The position numbers and the translations under genes are program-made. Of a stretch of DNA of 64,000 nucleotides, positions 44,901-53,758 are shown piece by piece. Source of the DNA: Syntrophales bacterium (lineage in GTDB: Bacteria; Desulfobacterota; Syntrophia; Syntrophales; UBA6807). Under the pieces are notes generated by a model that was given only the letters and a program-made list of their open reading frames with translations, did not search any database and was not told the DNA's origin. Within the stretch, counting starts at the first letter, position 1, and every line of letters starts with the position of its first letter. The DNA lies in contig JAXGPA010000006.1 of the NCBI GenBank assembly GCA_040767195.1, forward strand, positions 1 to 64,000, read 5' to 3'.

Positions 44901-45398
44901 GAGAAGGCGGTTTTTCCCCTCGATCATGGAAAGGGCTTCCGCGGTGAACCGTTCCAGGGCCGGGAGGACCTCCGACAGGACCGCTTCAGGGGCCGGCCGG
45001 CCCGTCCCGGCCACCGCCTTCAACCCGTCGACAAGCTTCTTCTTTTCCCCCAGGACCCGAAGGCGGTCCGCCAGGGCTCGGGCCTGGTGAGAATCGAGGA
45101 CCTTTACGGAAGACGGGCGGTTCCGGCGGACTTTTTTGAGGAAAACCTGGTCGTCCTCCGTTACGGCGAGGGCCTGCAGCCCGGGAAGATCAAAAAAACG
45201 CCTGTAATCCCCCGTTACGGGCACGCCCCTGGACCGGGCGTATCGGAGCGCCGGGGCGCGGGGGTCGGCGTCGCTCACCCCGAGAACGCGGACAAGGCCG
45301 TCACCATTCCCGCCGGAAAGGGCAAGGCGGAGCAATTCGAGGGCCAGGGGTCCGCCGCCGATGACGGCGATTGTTATGGGAAGTGAGATTTCCTTCAT
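41949..45398 (-). CDS. Cytoplasmic sensor histidine kinase (Rossmann-like N-terminus, 4 PAS, GAF)
   Basis: IAVIGGG N-terminus, duplicated PAS, GAF, H-box IAHEINQPL, NLVTNA, DTGIG, FEPFFTTK, GTGLGM; no TM segment seen. Confidence 0.92.
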   Translation of the reverse strand: MKEISLPITIAVIGGGPLALELLRLALSGGNGDGLVRVLGVSDADPRAPALRYARSRGVPVTGDYRRFFDLPGLQALAVTEDDQVFLKKVRRNRPSSVKVLDSHQARALADRLRVLGEKKKLVDGLKAVAGTGRPAPEAVLSEVLPALERFTAEALSMIEGKNRLLQAVEKRRLRHDRMVSQIIHGSTIPTFVINENHVVTHWNQALEQVTGRRAEEMVGTKNHWTAFYEEKKPCLADLVVDGKSEREIRKHLGKRARPSAYLKGSYEAENFYPHMGEKGKWLYFTAAPLRGPVGETLGAIETLWDVTAQREAREKLKEIEAIEASILDTLHVAALVLRERRIFFANEAAESVFGWKAGDLIGQNTRILYPGEAVYQSVGKAFYEALEQQRTFSGEYPCVRKDGREILCMVRASRIGERLKEQAIVATYEDITERKKAEAELRQREYTLFQIIEGSTIPTFVIDRDHRVTHWNRAIETLTGRPARETVGTKDHWKAFYPTRKPIMADVIVDRMSEEEIGKLYGERWRKSILIDKAYEAEDFFPHMGENGKWLYFTGAPLEGPDGTIVGAIETLWDITDSKLLQEERERHLRQISTLWEITSALSESLDMEERLVAGAQGILANLNVDGVVIYLREAGGPLRVAYSRGVAETFYPRGAGVGDDSVVEKVALRGKAVFFENVDEESAPFDAFVDQEHLKSAAYLPLASKEGVIGVLRVSSLKMKRFSEEDKNLVALVCNRIALAMENARLHQEAKMFGQRLEVKVREKTAELEESYREIRKSEEKYRTMFDADPNPILIADRGSQAILDVNATALDCYGYTRKAFLGMSLPDLVFQKDAELEEGLRKIAANQSVFFSKKLFRKKGGIPFYVNIHIRAADFMGRDCLIATTPDVTETVKKEAQLIQAGKMATLGTMASGIAHEINQPLNVIQVCSDFMRKKLSGGQEITGEELNTVAEEIGRNVQRAANTIRHMRDFTRKSEVTKDRIDINRPIMDVFKILGQQLRVHEIEVRFDLQENLPPVLADHNRLEQVFINLVTNAMDAMDEKKSGIDRGDEKKILTLRSRLEGESVVVTVEDTGIGIPPENMDKIFEPFFTTKEVGKGTGLGMSISYGIVKDYGGTIEVRSDMNAGTTFRVTFPAAGEDRANRENE

Positions 45399-45457
45399 GG
45401 GAGGCGCTCCTGAAGGGTGTCACGGCGCTTTCGGGAATCTCTGCCCCGGGAAGCCCG

Positions 45458-46942
45458 TCATGGATGACCGAGGGACCCCTTGGCGGCCATCCGAGCCAGT
45501 TCGAGAAACACCGAGGGATAGACGAAGAGGACGAACGAGACCGCGGCGGTGAAGACAGGCGGGATGACGGCGAAAATCGGGGCCTCCTTGACGGGCGTTT
45601 TTTCGTTGAAGCGATTCCCCGTGGCGAAAAAGGCATTGTAGGCGATGGGGAGAAAGTAGGCGGCATTGAGCAGGGAACTGGTCAGCAGGACCACCAGTAT
45701 GGGAAGCTGGTGGGACTCGATGGTTCCCAGGGCCAGGTACCACTTGCTGATGAACCCGCCGAAGGGGGGCACGCCGATGACGCTGAGGGACCCGAGGAAA
45801 AAAGCGGCCATGGTGACGGGCATCATTTTGCCGATCCCTTTCATCTCGCTTATCTTCTTGATCCCCGTGTTCACCAGGATGGCCCCGGCACAGAAAAAGA
45901 GGGTGATCTTGCCGAAAGCGTGCATGACGATGTGAACGATGCCGCCGGTCATTCCCATGATGCTGAGAAGGCCGCCGCCCATGACGATGTAGGAGAGCTG
46001 GCTCACCGTGGAGTAGGCCAGGCGGGCCTTGAGGTCGTCCTGCCGAAGGGCGAAAAGGGAACCCACGAGGATCGTCACGGAAATGAAATAGATGAGGAAC
46101 ACGTCCAGCGACAGGGCGTGCATGAGATCGATGCCGAAGACGTGAAAGCACACCCGGAGAACGGAAAAGACACCCACCTTGACGACCGCCACGGCATGGA
46201 GGAGAGCGCTCACCGGCGTGGGGGCCACCATGGCCGAGGGAAGCCAGGAGTGTATGGGCATGATGGCCGCTTTTCCGATCCCGGCGATGAACAGGGCGAA
46301 AAGAATCGTGAGCGCCGCCGGGGAGGCCTTGCCGGCCAGGATCCCCTGGTCGGCGAAGTCGAGGGTCCCCGCGTACAGGTAGGTCAGGATGACCGCCGGC
46401 AGGAAAAAAGCGATGGAGGTCCCCATGAGATACGTCAGGTATTTTCGTCCCGCCGAGCGGGCGTCCATGTCCTGGTGGTGGGTCACCAGGGAATAGGTTG
46501 AAAGGGAAAGCATCTCGTAGAAGAGATAGAGGGTCACGAGATTCCCGGCGAAGGCGACGCCGACGGCGGAGGAAAGGGCCAGGGCGAAAAAGGCGAAAAA
46601 CCGGGTCTGGGAGTGCTCCTGGAGGGGGCGCATGTACCCGATGGAATAAAAGGTCGTGACGATCCACAGGGAGGAAGCCACCAGGGCGAAGAGGAGACCG
46701 AGGGGATCCACCCGGAAGGAGATTCCCACGCCGGGGAGGATCTCCACAAGGCTCCAGACGATCGTTTTTCCCTGGAGGACCAGGGGGACCATGGAGGTGA
46801 CGATGTAGAGCTTCACCAGGGCGATGGCGAAGGTGAAGAACTCCCTCACGTTGGGATTCTCCCTGAAAAGAACGATGAGAAGGGATCCGAAAAGAGAAAC
46901 GGAAACGGCGAGCAGCGGCTTGACCGAAACAATCGTCTCCAT
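45458..46942 (-). CDS. mrpD: Na+/H+ antiporter MrpD-family subunit
   Basis: NLVTLYLFYEML, KAAIMPIHSWLPSAMVAPTPVSALLHAVAVVK, KARLAYSTVSQLSY, GFISKW. Confidence 0.9.
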   Translation of the reverse strand: METIVSVKPLLAVSVSLFGSLLIVLFRENPNVREFFTFAIALVKLYIVTSMVPLVLQGKTIVWSLVEILPGVGISFRVDPLGLLFALVASSLWIVTTFYSIGYMRPLQEHSQTRFFAFFALALSSAVGVAFAGNLVTLYLFYEMLSLSTYSLVTHHQDMDARSAGRKYLTYLMGTSIAFFLPAVILTYLYAGTLDFADQGILAGKASPAALTILFALFIAGIGKAAIMPIHSWLPSAMVAPTPVSALLHAVAVVKVGVFSVLRVCFHVFGIDLMHALSLDVFLIYFISVTILVGSLFALRQDDLKARLAYSTVSQLSYIVMGGGLLSIMGMTGGIVHIVMHAFGKITLFFCAGAILVNTGIKKISEMKGIGKMMPVTMAAFFLGSLSVIGVPPFGGFISKWYLALGTIESHQLPILVVLLTSSLLNAAYFLPIAYNAFFATGNRFNEKTPVKEAPIFAVIPPVFTAAVSFVLFVYPSVFLELARMAAKGSLGHP

Positions 46943-47124
46943 AAAAAGATGTCCTCTCCTTTTTTTACGTAACGGAACGGGAAAAAAACCAGGACCCCTG
47001 AAAGGCGTTCCCTTTCCCGTGAAAAGCCCCCCGCGGCTTGAATGAACACCCCGCCCCCGTCCCGGAAAACCCCTTCACGCCACGCCCGGATGACGAGGCA
47101 GCCGGGACAGGGCAACGGTCATTT

Positions 47125-47153
47125 CCTATATAAATTATGAAATCATATGTCAA
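47125..47153 (-). promoter_or_regulatory. sigma70-type promoter with palindromic spacer, upstream of the mrpD-kinase operon
   Basis: TTGACA-N17-TATAGG; TATGA-AA-TCATA palindrome at 47136-47147 in an AT-rich patch. Confidence 0.55.
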
Positions 47154-47213
47154 ACGAAATCATCGGTGAACCTCGGCTGGCGGGAAAACGGCCCTCCCGC
47201 CGGGCGGGGTCTC

Positions 47214-47981
47214 TCAGCCCTCCTGCTTCTTCGCTTTTTCATAGATGTCCATGAAAGGCCTGACGAGGTCGATGGGAATGGGGAAGAGGGTCGTCGAGTT
47301 GTTCTCCGAAGCCACCGAAACCAGGGTCTGAAGATAGCGGAGCTGAAGGGCGATGGGCTGCTCGGCGATAACCTTTCCCGCCTCCGCCAGCTTCTGGGCC
47401 GCCTGGAATTCGCCCTCGGCGTTGATGACCTTCGCCCGTCGATCCCGTTCCGCCTCGGCCTGCCTGGCCATGGCCCGCTGCATTTCCTGGGGGAGGTCGA
47501 TGTGCTTCACTTCCACCGTGGATACCTTGATGCCCCAGGGGTCGGTGCTCCGGTCGAGGATTTCCTGGATATGGGTGTTGATCTTGTCCCTTTCCGCCAG
47601 AAGCTCGTCCAGCTCCACCTGGCCGCAGACGCTCCTGAGGGTGGTCTGGGCCAGCTGGGACGTGGCATAGAGAAAGTTTTCCACCTCGATGACCGCGTCA
47701 TTGGCGTTCATGACCCTGAAGTAGATGACGGCGTTCACCTTGACGGAGACGTTGTCCCGGGTGATGACGTCCTGGGGAGGGACGTCCATGGTGATGATCC
47801 GCAGGTCCACCTTCGTCATGCGGTCGATGACGGGGATCAGGATGATCAGTCCCGGCCCCTTCACGTCGATGACCCGCCCGAGACGGAAAATGACGCCCCT
47901 CTCGTACTCGTTCAGGATCCGTATGGCGGCGGCCAGAAACATGATGACCAGGATGACGACGGACAGTATGGTGTACATCAT
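47214..47981 (-). CDS. Slipin/stomatin (SPFH) family protein
   Basis: [55 protein letters not shown]. Confidence 0.95.
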   Translation of the reverse strand: MMYTILSVVILVIMFLAAAIRILNEYERGVIFRLGRVIDVKGPGLIILIPVIDRMTKVDLRIITMDVPPQDVITRDNVSVKVNAVIYFRVMNANDAVIEVENFLYATSQLAQTTLRSVCGQVELDELLAERDKINTHIQEILDRSTDPWGIKVSTVEVKHIDLPQEMQRAMARQAEAERDRRAKVINAEGEFQAAQKLAEAGKVIAEQPIALQLRYLQTLVSVASENNSTTLFPIPIDLVRPFMDIYEKAKKQEG

Positions 47982-49303
47982 TTCGTTTCCTCCTTCGTTT
48001 TTGTCGTCTTCTCCACTTCAAGGACGAGTCCCCGCATTCCTGTCACGAGGACGGCCTCTCCTTCCTCGACGGGTTCCCGGCTCACGGCGTTCCAGAATTC
48101 CCCCCGAACGAACACCCTTCCCTCCTCATGGATGTCCGTCACGGCCTTCCCCTCTTCCCCGACCATGCCCTCTCCCCCGGTCCGCGGTTTTCGCATCTGG
48201 GCCTTCACCGCCAGGCTGACCACGGCGACGAAAAAGACGGAGGCGATGATCACCGTGGGAATGAGGACCTGGAAGGACACCCGGAGGGCGGGAATGGGGG
48301 ATTCGAAAAGGAAAAGGGAGCCCAGGGCCAGCGAGAGGATCCCCGCCACTGTCAGCAGGCCGTGGCTCACGATCTTGATCTCGGCGATGAAAAGGATGAC
48401 CCCGAAGAGGATGAGGAGGACGCCGGCGAAATTCACGGGCAGGGTCTGGAGGGCGAAAAAGGCGAGGATCAGGGAGATGGCGCCGACAACCCCGGGGAGA
48501 ACGGCCCCGGGATTGGAAAATTCGAAATAGAGGCCGGCCAGGCCGATCATGAGGAGAAGATAGGCGATGTTGGGGTCGCTGAGAGCCATGAGGACCTTCT
48601 CCCGGAAACCCATGGTGATTTCACGAAGCTCGGCGCCGTCGGTCTTCAGGGTAATCCTTCCCGACGGAAGAGGGACATCCCGGCCCTCGGCCTTCCGGAG
48701 GAGGTCCCGGACATCGGAAGCCACGTAGTCGATGACGCCTAGCTTCAGCGCTTCCTCCGCCGTGATGGATTCGCTTTCCCTGACGGCTTTTTCAACCCAC
48801 TCGAGATTTCGGCCCCGCTCTTCGGCAATGCTTTTCACATAGGCCACGGCGTCGTTTTCCACCTTCTTGGACATGGTTTCGTCCATTTTTCCCGACCCGA
48901 TAGCTACGGGATGGGCCGCCCCGATGTTCGTTCCCGGCGCCATGGCCGCCACGTGGGCGGCGATGGTGATCATGACGCCCGCCGAGGCCGCCCGGGCCCC
49001 CGCGGGATAAACATAGACGAAAACGGGAAGCGGGGCGTTGAGGATGTCCTTGACGATGTCCCGCATGGCCAGGTCGAGACCTCCCGGCGTGTCGAGGAGA
49101 ATGATGATCCCCGACGCGCCGTCCTCCAGGGCTTCGTTGAGGGCCCGGCTGAAAAACTTGTACACCGCCGGCGTGATGGGGGCGTTCACGGTCAGAACGT
49201 GGTAGACGGGGGCCTCCCCGCCGGGCGGCGCCGCCGACCCGGGCGGAAGAAGAAGGCCCAGGCCGATGAGGGTCAGGCAGAAGATCCATCCTGTCTTTTT
49301 CAT
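47978..49303 (-). CDS. nfeD: NfeD-family membrane serine protease (long form)
   Basis: Signal peptide, [27 protein letters not shown] region, C-terminal OB fold ([12 protein letters not shown]); coupled to slipin. Confidence 0.92.
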   Translation of the reverse strand: MKKTGWIFCLTLIGLGLLLPPGSAAPPGGEAPVYHVLTVNAPITPAVYKFFSRALNEALEDGASGIIILLDTPGGLDLAMRDIVKDILNAPLPVFVYVYPAGARAASAGVMITIAAHVAAMAPGTNIGAAHPVAIGSGKMDETMSKKVENDAVAYVKSIAEERGRNLEWVEKAVRESESITAEEALKLGVIDYVASDVRDLLRKAEGRDVPLPSGRITLKTDGAELREITMGFREKVLMALSDPNIAYLLLMIGLAGLYFEFSNPGAVLPGVVGAISLILAFFALQTLPVNFAGVLLILFGVILFIAEIKIVSHGLLTVAGILSLALGSLFLFESPIPALRVSFQVLIPTVIIASVFFVAVVSLAVKAQMRKPRTGGEGMVGEEGKAVTDIHEEGRVFVRGEFWNAVSREPVEEGEAVLVTGMRGLVLEVEKTTKTKEETK

Positions 49304-50058
49304 GTCGCTCTTCCTTTGTCAGGGACATCGCCCGCCGCGGCCGGCGGGACCTCGTCCCGGCCTTCGGCAAGCCGTTTCATGATCGCCTGGACATCTTCCC
49401 AGACCTGTTTCTTGGAGCCGGGGTTCCTGAGGAGATAGGCGGGATGAAACGTCGGCATGAGCGGAATGCCCTCGTAAGCGTGAAACCGTCCTCTCAGCCG
49501 GGAGATGGGGTCGGACACCTTGAGCAGCGTCTGGGCGGAAAAGGTCCCCAGGGCGCAGATGACCCGGGGCCGGATCGCCTGGAGCTGCTTCACCAGGAAC
49601 GGTTCGCACACCCGGATCTCTTCGGGCCGCGGATTCCGGTTCCCCGGGGGTCGGCACTTGAGAATGTTACAGATGTAAACGTCCTCTCGGGACAGGCCCA
49701 TGGCTTCGATGATCCGGGTCAGGAGCTGTCCCGCCCGCCCGACGAAGGGACGGCCCTGGCGGTCCTCGTCCTCTCCAGGGGCCTCGCCGACGAACACGAG
49801 TTCCGCCTTTTCATCCCCCTCCCCGAACACGAGGTTTCTCCGCCGGTCCGCGAGTTCGCACCGCCGGCAGTCCCCCAGTTCCTCCCGAACCCCGGCGAGG
49901 GTCAGGGACGGTCCCGCCGCGGCTGTCGCCAACGGTTCCTCCCGTCCTCCCCCTCCGCGGGTGAAAACGGTCAGTCTTCTCGACTCTTCCTTGCCGGCAA
50001 GGAGGTGACTTTTCAGGTCTTTCAGGATTCCCGCCAGGATCTCCCGTTCCGGTTCCAC
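49300..50058 (-). CDS. Uracil-DNA glycosylase family 4
   Basis: CRRCEL, VGEAPG, PFVGRAG, NILKCRPPGNR, TFHPAYLLR. Confidence 0.95.
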   Translation of the reverse strand: MEPEREILAGILKDLKSHLLAGKEESRRLTVFTRGGGGREEPLATAAAGPSLTLAGVREELGDCRRCELADRRRNLVFGEGDEKAELVFVGEAPGEDEDRQGRPFVGRAGQLLTRIIEAMGLSREDVYICNILKCRPPGNRNPRPEEIRVCEPFLVKQLQAIRPRVICALGTFSAQTLLKVSDPISRLRGRFHAYEGIPLMPTFHPAYLLRNPGSKKQVWEDVQAIMKRLAEGRDEVPPAAAGDVPDKGRAT

Positions 50059-50074
50059 GGCCCAACCCCCTTCC

Positions 50075-51280
50075 TCAATGCCCTTCTTTCCGGCGGGCGA
50101 TTTCCTTCACCCGGTCGAGGATGCGGTGGGCCACCTCGAGCTTGTCCATGAGGGGAAGCTCTTCCGTCCCCCCTTCCCCGTCGATGATCTTGACGATGTT
50201 CGTGTCGTACTGGAAGCCCGATCCCGGGCGGCCGAGGTCATTGGCCACGATGAGATCCATGTTTTTCGCCGCCAGCTTTTTCCGCGCGTTCTCCACGAGA
50301 TCCTCCGTCTCCATGGCGAACCCGACGAGTACCCGGTTCCCCTTCTTCAGCCCCACCTCGGCGATGATGTCAGGGTTCCTTTCCAGGTCAATGACAAGTC
50401 CGTCAGCGCTTTTCTTGATTTTCGAGGCCGATTTCCTGGCAGGCCGGTAATCGGCCACCGCCGCCGCCTTGATGACGACGGTGGACTTTTCCAGGTTTTC
50501 CAGGACGCGGTCCCGCATTTCCGAAGCGCTCGACACGGCCACAACCCGGACGCCTCGAGGCGGTAAGAGGGCCGTCGGACCGGTGATGAGGACGACCTCC
50601 GCGCCCCGTCGTTTCGCGGCCAGGGCGAGGGCGTATCCCATTTTCCCGGAAGAGTAATTGGTGATGTACCGGACCGGGTCCAGGGGTTCACGGGTCGGTC
50701 CCGCCGTGATCAGGATGCGCTCTCCCTCGAGATTCTTTTCCGTCAGGAGGGATTCGATCTCGTCGGCGATCTCCGAAGGATCGGGAAGCCGGCCCGCCCC
50801 CTCGGTCCCGCAGGCCAGTTCGCCCTCGCCGGGAACCATGAAGCGGCAGCCCGCCTTTTTCAGACGTTCCACGTTTTCCTGGAAAATGACATTCCGGTAC
50901 ATGTTCGTGTTCATGGACGGGCATAAAAGGACGGGTTTCACCGAGGCCATGACGGTTGTGGAGAGGAGGTCGTCGGCGATGCCCGAGGCCATTTTTCCGA
51001 TGATGTTGGCCGTCGCCGGGGCGACGACCAGGACATCCGCCTCGTCAACGAGCGAGATGTGGCCGATCTGCCAGTCCCCGGTAAGCGAAAAGGTGTCCGT
51101 ATAGACGGGGTTACCCGACAGGGTCTGGAGTGTGAGCGGCGTTATGAACCGGACGGCGTTCTCCGTCATGATGACCTTGACTGTCGCCCCCCGCCGCACC
51201 AGCTCACGGGTCAGTTCCGCCGCCTTGTAGGCGGCGATGCCCCCTGTTATTCCAAGAAGAATCTTCTTATTCCCAAGCAT
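50075..51280 (-). CDS. coaBC: Bifunctional phosphopantothenoylcysteine decarboxylase/ligase
   Basis: GITGGIAAYKA, APATAN, PSMNTNM, LACG..G.GR, TAGPTREPLDPVRYITNYSSGKMG, AAVADY. Start set at ATG 51280. Confidence 0.97.
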   Translation of the reverse strand: MLGNKKILLGITGGIAAYKAAELTRELVRRGATVKVIMTENAVRFITPLTLQTLSGNPVYTDTFSLTGDWQIGHISLVDEADVLVVAPATANIIGKMASGIADDLLSTTVMASVKPVLLCPSMNTNMYRNVIFQENVERLKKAGCRFMVPGEGELACGTEGAGRLPDPSEIADEIESLLTEKNLEGERILITAGPTREPLDPVRYITNYSSGKMGYALALAAKRRGAEVVLITGPTALLPPRGVRVVAVSSASEMRDRVLENLEKSTVVIKAAAVADYRPARKSASKIKKSADGLVIDLERNPDIIAEVGLKKGNRVLVGFAMETEDLVENARKKLAAKNMDLIVANDLGRPGSGFQYDTNIVKIIDGEGGTEELPLMDKLEVAHRILDRVKEIARRKEGH

Positions 51281-51339
51281 GTCCGCCCCCAGGGAACAGG
51301 GCCTCCTTTCCCGCACCGGGCCATGGAGGCGCGCAGTCA

Positions 51340-51389
51340 TTGATATATGGCGCTTTCTTTTCTATAACAGGTCTCCCCATCCAGGTCAA
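51340..51389. promoter_or_regulatory. Overlapping divergent sigma70 promoters (coaBC and M23 peptidase)
   Basis: Plus: TTGATA(51340)-N17-TATAAC(51363-51368). Minus: TTGACC(51389)-N17-TATAGA(51366-51361). Confidence 0.6.
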
Positions 51390-51541
51390 CGATCTGCCCG
51401 CGGGGGAAATTTTTCTTCCGGGCCCCTGTCGGCATCTTCTCCCGTACCGTCCCCCCCACCCGGGATCGGGCGGCCGGCCTTCCGGTTCTCACGAACAGGC
51501 CCGTCTTGAAAAAAAACCGCCTTCGGGTTATAGGGGGCCCT

Positions 51542-52891
51542 ATGAAAGCAAAAAACGTCATCAAGATGAAAAAAATCATCCGTTATTCGGGGATCCTCAT
51601 TATCGCGGCCGCCCTCGTGACCGGGGGATGGGTTTTTTACCCCTACGTGGAGGGTGAGGTTCCGGAAATCGTCCTGTCCCCCGACTTCCAGGTCCTGGGG
51701 CAGGAAAAAACCTTTTCCGTTTCCTTCGGGGATCGGAAAAGCGGCCTGAAAAGCACGGCCGTCGTCCTGTCCCAGGGCGACAGGCGTCACGTTCTCCAGA
51801 GGGAGGACTTTCCCCGAAAAGGGGTCGCCGCCCGAACCCTGACCCTCAAGGTCCGGGCCGGGGACCTGGACCTGAAAAACGGCGAGGCCCTCCTGGAAAT
51901 CAGCGCCCAGGACCACTCTCTCCGAAAGAACCGGGGCACCCTCACCCGGACGCTCCGGGTCGACGTCATCCCGCCCCACATCCAGGTTCTCACCGACAGG
52001 CACTACCTGAACCCCGGCGGCGCGGGGCTCATTGTCTACCGGGTCTCCAAGGAGCGGGTGAAAACCACCGTCATGGTGAACGACAGGACTTACGACCCCT
52101 ATGAAACCACCCTGTCCGGGCTGCCCGCCTACCTCTCCTACGTGGCCGTCCCCCTTGACGCGGGAAAGGGAAATCTCACCGTCACCGTCAAGGCGGAAGA
52201 CGAGGCGGGGAACCTGGCGCAGCGCGCCGTGGACTGCCACGTTCGAAACAGGTCTTTCCGAAAGGACGACATGGTCATCACGACCCGTTTTCTCGAGAAG
52301 AAAATGCCCGAGTTCCGGGCTTTCGACGAGAACCTCGGGAACCTGGATCTCCTGGGCGTTTTCTGCCACGTCAACACCATCATGCGGGAGGAAAATTTCA
52401 AAACCATCGCCGCCCTGTGCCGTTCGTCGGAACCCCGCCGGCTGTGGGAGGGCCCCTTTCTCAGGATGAATAACGCCGCCAACATGGCCCGTTTCGGAGA
52501 CCACAGGACCTACATTTACGAGGGCAGGCCCATCGGAGAGAGCCTCCACAACGGCATAGACCTGGCCTCGACGGCCCATGCCCCCGTGGAAGCGGCCAAT
52601 CACGGGAAAGTCGTCTTCTCGGGCTTCATCGGTATTTACGGAAACGCGATCCTGATCGACCACGGGCAGGGAATTTTCAGCTTTTACTCTCACCTGGGCA
52701 TGATGGACGTCCAGGTGGGCCAGTCCGTCCGGAAAGGGGAAATGATCGGGCGGACGGACACCACGGGACTGGCCGGAGGGGACCATCTCCACTTCGGCAT
52801 CTTTGTCGGACGCGATTTCGTCAATCCCCAGGAATGGTGGGATCCGCACTGGATCCGGGACAACATCACGGCGAAGCTCGGCGAGCCCTGA
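51542..52891 (+). CDS. M23-family metallopeptidase
   Basis: N-terminal anchor; HNGIDLA, IYGNAILIDHG, YSHL, GDHLHF. Confidence 0.92.
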   Translation: MKAKNVIKMKKIIRYSGILIIAAALVTGGWVFYPYVEGEVPEIVLSPDFQVLGQEKTFSVSFGDRKSGLKSTAVVLSQGDRRHVLQREDFPRKGVAARTLTLKVRAGDLDLKNGEALLEISAQDHSLRKNRGTLTRTLRVDVIPPHIQVLTDRHYLNPGGAGLIVYRVSKERVKTTVMVNDRTYDPYETTLSGLPAYLSYVAVPLDAGKGNLTVTVKAEDEAGNLAQRAVDCHVRNRSFRKDDMVITTRFLEKKMPEFRAFDENLGNLDLLGVFCHVNTIMREENFKTIAALCRSSEPRRLWEGPFLRMNNAANMARFGDHRTYIYEGRPIGESLHNGIDLASTAHAPVEAANHGKVVFSGFIGIYGNAILIDHGQGIFSFYSHLGMMDVQVGQSVRKGEMIGRTDTTGLAGGDHLHFGIFVGRDFVNPQEWWDPHWIRDNITAKLGEP

Positions 52892-53758
52892 TCAGGTCCT
52901 CTGGATGTCCCGGTGATGAATGTTCACCCGGTAGTTCCGCTCGTCGAAATACCGGGAGAGCTGGTTGACCATGACGACGGAGCGGTGCCTGCCGCCGGTG
53001 CAGCCCAGGGCGATGTTCAGGTAGGCCTTCCCTTCCTTTTCGTAGAGAGGAGTAAGAAAGGTCATGAGTTCGTAGAGCTCCTGAAGAAATTTCCGGCTTT
53101 CGTCCCAGCCCATGACGTAGTCCACGATCTTCGGGTTGTTGCCGTCGAACTGTTTCAGATCCTGGACAAAGTAAGGGTTGGGGAGGAAGCGGGCGTCGAA
53201 AACCATGTCTGCTTCGGGGGGCAGCCCGTAGCGGTACCCGAAGGAGATGAGGTTCACCACCAGTTTTTTGCTCTCCGAGGGGGTGGTGTAGTAGCGCTGG
53301 ATGAGTTCCTTCAGCTGGTGGACGTTGTAAAGGGACGTGTCCACGACCATGTCGGCCATGGACTTGAGTTCCCTCATTTTCTCCCTCTCCAGGCGAATGC
53401 TTTCCGCCACCGTTCTCCGGTCCGACAGGGGGTGAGACCTTCGGGTCTCGCTGAAACGGTGGAGCAGGGTCTCGTCACCGGCCTCGAGGAAGAGAATCTC
53501 GATCATGTAACCCTGTTCCTTGAGTTCCCTGAAAATCTCCCCGTACCGGTCCAGGAAGTGCTTTTCACGGACGTCCATGACCAGGGCGATCTTGGAAATC
53601 TCGTCGGCCCTCCCGAGCTGCATGTCGAGAAGCTTCGGCAGGAGGGAAACGGGAAGGTTGTCCACGCAGAAAAAGCCGATGTCCTCGAGGGAGCGGAGCA
53701 CCGTGCTCTTTCCCGAACCGGACATGCCCGTTACGACGACGATGCGGATGTTTTTCAT
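52892..53758 (-). CDS. rapZ: RNase adapter RapZ (YvcJ/YhbJ)
   Basis: TGMSGSGKS, VDNLP, RFSETRRSHPL, SFGYRYG, DARFLPNPY, GCTGGRHRSV. Confidence 0.97.
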   Translation of the reverse strand: MKNIRIVVVTGMSGSGKSTVLRSLEDIGFFCVDNLPVSLLPKLLDMQLGRADEISKIALVMDVREKHFLDRYGEIFRELKEQGYMIEILFLEAGDETLLHRFSETRRSHPLSDRRTVAESIRLEREKMRELKSMADMVVDTSLYNVHQLKELIQRYYTTPSESKKLVVNLISFGYRYGLPPEADMVFDARFLPNPYFVQDLKQFDGNNPKIVDYVMGWDESRKFLQELYELMTFLTPLYEKEGKAYLNIALGCTGGRHRSVVMVNQLSRYFDERNYRVNIHHRDIQRT

